DNA from: the human T2T-CHM13v2.0 reference genome, Homo sapiens
Assembly: GCF_009914755.1 (NCBI RefSeq)
Contig: NC_060942.1
Length of the DNA: 64,000 nt
Reading direction: 5' to 3' (one strand)
A program made the position numbers and the translations under genes. Below, one piece after another: positions 55,580-64,000 of this stretch (position 1 is its first letter; each line of letters begins with the position of its first letter). Under the pieces are notes generated by a model. That model ran no database searches. It was given only the letters and a program-made list of their open reading frames with translations, and had not been told where the DNA came from.

Positions 55580-55880
55580 TGTTTGTTTGTTTGTTTTTGA
55601 GATGGAGTCTACCTCTGTGGCCCAGGCGAGAGTGCAGTGGCACAATCCTGGCTCACTGAAATCTCTGCCTCCTGGATTCAAGTGATTTTCCTGCCTCAGT
55701 CTCCCAAGCAGCTGGGATTACAGGCACACACCACCACATTTCGCTAATTTTTGTATTTTTAGTAGAGATGGGGTTTCACCAAGTTGGCCAGGCTTGTCTC
55801 AAACTCCTGACCTCCAGTGATCCGCCCGCCTCAGCCTCCCAAAGTGCTGGGATCGCAGGTGTAAGCCACTGCACTCAGCC
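55580..55880 (-). mobile_element. AluS with (TTTG)n tail
   Basis: Full dimer, sitting after an L1M 3' fragment (about 55460-55575). Confidence 0.95.
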
Positions 55881-57594
55881 ACAAAAACAAAAGATAGATT
55901 TTAACTAGTAAGAAGGAGGAATTGTGAAAGGAAAGAAAAGAGGCTGGTCAAGAAAAAAAAAAAAGGTTTAGAGGAGAAGACCCATTGGTCAGAGGACTAG
56001 GAAAATCTTTGTCCAGTGTATCTGCAAGGCAGCACCTCTCTCCCACATCCCCAGCTTCTTGCCTGATCCCCACTCTGCAATCCCTCCCTAGACCCTACGG
56101 GACTCTCCTCTCCCTTTAGGGAGGCAGCCACAGAACTGAGAGCCTAGGGTGTTTCCCGTCCCTCTGCATGCATGGATTCAAATGAACACCACAGGAGCAC
56201 TGCCAAGGACTCCTCAGCCCCTCCCTCCCTGTGTTCAGCAACAAGGTGGCCAGCTCGGCCTCTGAGCCACAGGGAGCCTGGCTTTTGTGGGCACAGGGGA
56301 TGGTGGAATGAACAGTTGGGAGATCTGAGGTCTGCTTTCAGCTCAGCAGGGCTACCTGAGTTGACAAACCTCATCTCTTGGGGCGTCCATTTTTTTGTTT
56401 GTAAAATGAGCATGTTAAATTACTATGGAAGGTTATGCTCCTCCTGGGAGTCCAGGATGCTATGAATTCTATGAATCTAGATACTGCCTAATGTGCCCCT
56501 TCCTAACACTAAAGAACTGAGGTGAATATCATCAGAGTTTTGATTAAATATGGCCGGAGGAATTCATTTGTTCCTTGGTGGAGTCTCCAACTTTACTGGA
56601 AAGCAAAGGCCCCTGTCTGCCCCATTCACTCAATGCACTCCAACTCAATGCACACTCTCCACAATGCCCTCCCTGGTGATCAAAGCCAGGGCACTTTTTC
56701 TGGCCTCCTCTTGGTATGGTCAGTATCTACTGCAAAGGTCATGTTCACATGTGCTCTTCTCCCCAGCTCAAATGGCAAGCTCCTTGAAAATAAACATTAT
56801 TATTATTCATAGATGTGTGCCCATGTATGGCAGCAGTATATGCTCATGAAATGGACGAATGAATGATGTCAAGAATTCAAACCAAAAGGAGATGAAGGGT
56901 GGCTTCTGTACCTTGTCTGAAAATTCCCTTTTTTTTTTTTAATTCGGGAAATAAACAATCATATCAAAGGAAGGCAAGTTTGGGGGCAAGAAATCACTCA
57001 GAGATGCATGTTACACTCCACATGAATTACCGGCAAAATGAAGGATGAAAGCTATGTGAAATAAACAATTACAGTAAATCTGAGACTCTGTACTGAGATG
57101 AAGCCAAAGGAGCAATTGCCACTCCTTACAAATGAGTTTGCTCAGGTCTAGCTTGGAAGCAAGGTCTTAGGGACTGTGCTTAGGTTCAGCTGACCCACTT
57201 TGGGAATAAATGCTGTGTAAAAGAATCCCAGTTGTCTACTTTTGGAAGTATTAACAGATCACAAGAACTAGATTCTACTTCTACTCAGCACATCTCTGAT
57301 CTATGTGTTTATGGAAGTTAAATGAAACCAAGAAAAAACATACCTGCAAGACTGTTGGAAAATGCATTTAAAAATCCAAAATTGTTCCAAAGTTATCCAT
57401 GCTACCACATTCCCTTTTTGTTGGACAGATAACTGAATGATGACCGGGAAGTAAAAATAAAATGAAGACAAAGTATTACATTGTCTGTTGCTACTTTCTG
57501 TAAGGCCTAATGGTCTGAGAAATCTAAAAGGAGCTTCCTTCCTTCTTCTGTCCTCCCTTCCTCTCTTCCTTTCTTCCCTACTCGAGAGGCAGAG

Positions 57595-57900
57595 TTATAA
57601 ATGCAAAGTGTGACTCTGAACTGTATCCTCTTACTAGAAAGGACAGTATTGGGATAATCGCCAGAAGTCAAATGAGCTCTGAGGATCAGGCATTAGCAAT
57701 GGGTCAGTGTTGACTTTCTGACTTTGGTGGTTGTCTTGTGCTATGCAGGAGAATGTCCTGGTTTGCAGGGATTACTCATGGTTGCATTTGGAAGTGATGG
57801 AACATCAAGCTAGCAATGTACTCTCAAATAGTTTAGAATTTTTAAAGTGCTTTGTACTAGTCATGCAAGTTTAGTTCAAGCTTGAAATTATAATAGAAAA
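57595..57900 (+). mobile_element. L1MC4/ME 3' end
   Basis: aaatgcaaagtgtgactctg...atgcaggagaatgtcctgg...tactctcaaatagttt. Confidence 0.75.
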
Positions 57901-58499
57901 AAATCTGAACGTAATAATATTTTTTTAAGAAAAAGAAGCAGCAGCAATGGCCAGCCCTTGAGAGTCTCTGGGTCTGCCTATTCCTCTGACCCTTCTATAA
58001 ATATTGGTGTTGACCTCCCTAGGGCGTCAGAGCAAACCTCTCCAGGGTGGTCCACAAAAGTCCAGCTCTACAAGGGGTCACAGAAGTCCCTACTGCCACA
58101 GACAGTGCACCCCTATTCCCTCTTACTCAGCCCAGTTCCTCCTCTAAACTTAGGAACCATAGCTGACTCAGGATGTTAACTAAGGCCTGGCCCTCATGGG
58201 AAGCCAAACCACCTTCCCCAGTGAGCGCTGGCACTTCCGGCTTCCTGCTTCACAACCATTTCATATCTGCCTTTCTCCAGCCTCCACTTTTTGGGCACCA
58301 AAGGCTCCCCACAGTGCTACCTCAACTAATCTCTCTCTTCTCCTGGCTTCCCCTCCCTTAATCTCCTCCACAAACCCTGAGTGCCAGCTGAATTGCTTCT
58401 CTCCCCTCCAGATAAACCCTGGGTATTTCTGCTTTCTTCTGTCTGGAATATTCTGCTTTCATTCCTGTCGTTCTGAGCCTCACTTCTTCCCACATCCTA

Positions 58500-58740
58500 T
58501 AAAGCCCATTTCAAGGGTCATCTCCTTCTCTGTGAAGCCTCCCCTAACCAGCCCAGCCCACCTCTGAATTCCAAGGTGCTTATTGTATCTGGTATGGCTC
58601 TAAACACAAGTTACCGATTGCAAAGTTACCTTTCTCTCTGGACATCTGGTCTCCCCCATTAAATGAAAGGTTTTCAGGGAGCAGGCATAATTTCTTACAT
58701 CTCTTTATAGTCCTCACCATACCTGTTAGTGCCAGCTCAC
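58500..58740 (+). mobile_element. L2 3' fragment
   Basis: catctccttctctgtgaagcctcccctaacc...tctcccccattaaatgaaagg...cagggagcagg. Confidence 0.65.
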
Positions 58741-60097
58741 TAAGAATGGGCTGATTCAAAGAGTCTCCCACACTTTCTCAACATTACCTCCCTCAGATCA
58801 CTAATACCAATTGCTGTCACTTGTTTTGGGGTGAATGCATGCGCCACACACACACACACACACACACTCACACACACTTTAGTCAAAATGGAAATAAACA
58901 AGTATGCCCTTCTTCCTGCTTTACTCTCACACTGAGCCAATTTGATTTTCCTATACTTAGAAGTCAAAGCAAAGCATTTAATTAATACTTCCTCATAGTT
59001 CAGTCTGGAACCCTAGGAAACTTGTGAAGGAGAGATTTTGGACTCTTCCTGCCACCCACATCATGGTCTGTTTCCTTAAAGAAGACCCATTCCCATCCAG
59101 TTTCCCTTAGATGCTTATCCTCACTTGCAGGCCCCACTGCCCTATCAGCAGCTGCCCAAGATCTTGGTAAGGTGAACAGCTCCCAGGGGAGTTTGCAAGA
59201 TAACGAAAACCATAGAGTGGAAAATCTGCAAAGTCCCATAGAATGAATCCCTAAATGGCAGATGTCAGGCAAAGGAGCAGGTGGCAACTTTACGCAAGTA
59301 TTTATCCCACCTGCTCATTCCTATCCACACATTACATGCCAGAGATGGGAGCATTCGAGGCCCAACCAACCAACAGAAAGACAAGAGAAAGGGAAGATTG
59401 TTTGCAGAAGGCAGCCGAGTAAATTGCAAAACTAGGGAGAAAACTTTATGAATGCTTATCACATGGAATTCTTCCATTTTGAGAGAGGCTTTAAGGAAAA
59501 GAATGACTTCATAGTGTTGGCGGAGATGGGGTGATGTCTATAATGAAGACGGACAAAAGTCCAGAAGGTACATGATTGGCAGAAACAACAGACAAGAGAG
59601 GCAAAGATGAACTATGAGAGCCCGGCCACAGTGTGGGGGTCCCCAGGTGGGTGTGAGAAGCTCATGTGGACACAGCTGCCCCTCTTGGCAGAGGGCAACA
59701 TTAGCTTATGCCATCTTCAATATCTATGATGCTAATTCAGGATTGCTCAAGGAAAATAGCCCTGTTCGGGCCCATCTGTTCTCTACATCCCAATGGCTAT
59801 GTTCTTTGCAGATTTAAACAAAATTTCCAATACAAATACCTTTTTTGGATGTGGCAAATCCATAAAACAGACTCTTAGCTATAACCTAACTTTATTAAAT
59901 AATATTTAATATGCCAGTGTCCAAATGGCAAATGTGATGACCTGGGAAATTATATGGTCAGATTCTGACATAAATCCCTTTGGTGTTTCGGATAAGACAT
60001 GAACTCTTGAGCGGTCTATTACATTCCAAAATCCTTCATAAAACTAGTGACTTGGTAACTGAGAAGAAACATTTTATTTTACTTTATTATCACTATT

Positions 60098-60271
60098 GTT
60101 TTAGAGACGGGTCCCTCTCCGTCACCCAGGCTGCAGTACAGTGGAGCAATCATGGCTTACTGTGGCCTCAACCTCTTGGTCTCAACTGATCCTCTCGCTT
60201 CAGCCTCTGGGGTAGCTAGGACTACAGGTGTACATCACCAGACCCGGTTATTCTTTAAAACTTTTTGTAGA
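60098..60271 (-). mobile_element. AluJ right arm, interrupted by L1
   Basis: gagcaatcatggcttactg...gatcctctcgcttcagcc; stops in the linker at the L1 5' end. Confidence 0.88.
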
Positions 60272-60540
60272 CTTCTCGAGCCAAGATGGCCGAATAGGAA
60301 CAGCTCCGGTCTACAGCTCCCAGTGTGAGTGATGCAGAAGACGGGTGATTTCTGCATTTCCATCTGAGGTACCGGGTTCATCTCACTAGGGAGTGCCAGA
60401 CAGTGGGCACAGGACAGTGGGTGCAGTGCACCTTGCACAAGCCAAAGCAGGGCAAGGCATTGCCTCACTCGGGAAGCACAAGGGGTCAGGGAGTTCCCTT
60501 TCCCAGTCAAAGAAAGGGGTGACAGACAGCACCTGGAAAA

Positions 60541-60723
60541 TCAGGTCAATCCCACCCGAATACTGCGCTTTTCCGACGGCCTTAAAAAACAGCGCACCAG
60601 GAGATTATATCCCGCACATAGCTCGGAGGGTCCTACGCCCACGGAGTCTCGCTGATTGCTAGCACAGCAGTCTGAGATCAAACTGCAAGTTGGCAGCGAG
60701 GCTGGGGGAGGGGCGCCCGCCAT
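60541..60723 (-). pseudogene. L1 ORF0, shortened to 60 aa
   Basis: MAGAPPPASLPTCSLISDCCASNQRDSVGVGPSE matches ORF0; premature TGA. Confidence 0.85.
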
Positions 60724-61306
60724 TGCCCAGGCTTGATTAGGTAAACAAAGCAGCCAGGAAGCTCGAACTGGGTGGAGCCCACCACAGCTCAAGGAAGCCT
60801 GCCTGCCTCTGTAGGCTCCACCTCTGGGGGCAGGGCACAGACAAACATAAAGACAGCAGTAACCTCTGCAGACTTAAATGTCCCTGTCTGACAGCTTTGA
60901 AGAGAGCAGTGGTTCTCCCAGCATGCAGCTGGAGATCTGAGAACGGGCAGACTGCCTCCTCAAGTGGGTCCCTGAGCCCTGACCCCCGAGGAGCCTAACT
61001 GGGAGGCACCCCCCAGTAGGGGCAGATTGATACCTCACACGGCCGGGTACTCCTCTGAGACAAAACTTCCAGAGGAACGATCAGACAGCAGCATTCGCGG
61101 TTCATGAAAATCTGCTGTTCTGCAGCCACCGCTGCTGATACCCAGGCAAACAGGGTCTGGAGTGGACATCTAGCAAACTCCAACAGACCTGCAGCTGGGG
61201 GTCCTGTCTGTTAGAAGGAAAACTAACAAACAGAAAGGACATCCACACCAAAAACCCATCTGTACATCACCATCATCAAAGACCAAAAGTAGATAAAACC
61301 ACAAAG

Positions 61307-62316
61307 ATGGGGAAAAAACAAAGCAGAAAAACTGGAAACTCTAAAAAGCAAAGCGCCTCTCCTCCTCCAAAGGAATGCAGTTCCTCACCAGCAATGGAAC
61401 AAAGCTGGACGGAGAATGACTTTGACGAGTTGAGAGAAGAAGGCTTCAGACGATCAAATTACTCCAAGCTACAGGAGGAAATTCAAACCAAAGGCAAAGA
61501 AGTTAAAAACTTTGAAAAAAATTTAGACGAATGTATAACTAGAATAACCAATACAGAGAAGTGCTTAAAGGAGCTGATGGAGCTGAAAACCAAGGCTTGA
61601 GAACTACGTGAAGAATGCAGAAGCCTCAGGAGCCGATGCAATCAACTGGAAGAAAGGGTATCAGTGATGGAAGATGAAATGAATGAAATGAAGTGAGAAG
61701 GGAAGTTTAGAGAAAAAGGAATAAAAAGAAAAGAACAAAGCTTCCAAGAAATAAGAGACTGTGTGAAAAGACCAAATCTACGCCTGATTGGTGTACCTGA
61801 AAGTGACGGGGAGAATGGAACCAAGTTGGAAAACACTCTGCAGGATATTACCCAGGAGAACTTCCCCAATCTATCAAGGCAGGCCAACATTCAGATTCAG
61901 GAAATACAGAGAATGCCACAAAGATACTCCTCGAGGAGCAACTCCAAGAATCATAATTGTCAGATTCACCAAAGTTGAAATGAAGGAAAAAATGTTAAGG
62001 GCAGCCAGAGAGAAAGGTCAGGTTACCCACAAAGGGAAGCCCATCAGACTAACAGCAGATCTCAGAAACTCTACAAGCCAGAAGAGAGTGGGGGCCAATA
62101 TTCAACATTCTTAAAGAAAAGAATTTTCAACCAAGAATTTCATATCCAGCCAAACTAAGCTTCATAAGTGAAGGAGAAATAAAATCCTTTACAGACAAGC
62201 AAATGTTGAGAGATTTTGTCACCACCAGGCCTGCCCTAAAAGAGCTCCTGAAGGAAGCACTAAACATGGAAAGGAACAACCAGTACCAGCCGCTGCAAAA
62301 TCATGCCAAAATGTAA
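61307..62316 (+). pseudogene. L1 ORF1p, disrupted
   Basis: MGKKQSRKTGNSK...; in-frame TGA at 61598 and 61694; frameshifts near 61933 and 62063. Confidence 0.95.
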
Positions 62317-62379
62317 AGACCATCGAGACTAGGAAGAAACTGCATCAACTAACGAGCAAAATAACCAGCTAACATCATC

Positions 62380-64000
<1,621 letters not shown>

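Overview
Primate (human or great-ape-like) genomic DNA from an intergenic or deep-intronic region. I recognise no cellular protein-coding gene, RNA gene or CRISPR array, and I cannot name the locus. Most of the ORF track is chance ORFs or translations of repeats. The window is a layered repeat landscape: about 17 Alu/FLAM elements, MIR, L2, CR1/L3, old L1M/HAL1 fragments, solo LTRs (MER21, LTR41, MER110/MER90-like x2, MLT1, MSTC, LTR33, MER51, THE1C), DNA-transposon fossils (MER3, Zaphod/MER115, MER44, MER5A, MER103C, MER112, piggyBac MER85) and the 5' 3.7 kb of a defective L1PA3/PA4 at the right edge. Family names come from my recall of consensus sequences, not a database search. Best second-look items: a hAT-transposase C-terminal relic that keeps CpGs, an open frame and exon-like signals (49.6-50.1 kb); a MER85 with its CSB-PGBD3 palindrome; an inverted-duplication scar at 20.5 kb; a palindromic NF-kB site abutting AP-1 at 34.1 kb; an enhancer-like segment at 52.4-53.1 kb; and several odd Alu structures. 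I found no convincing novel multi-gene system.
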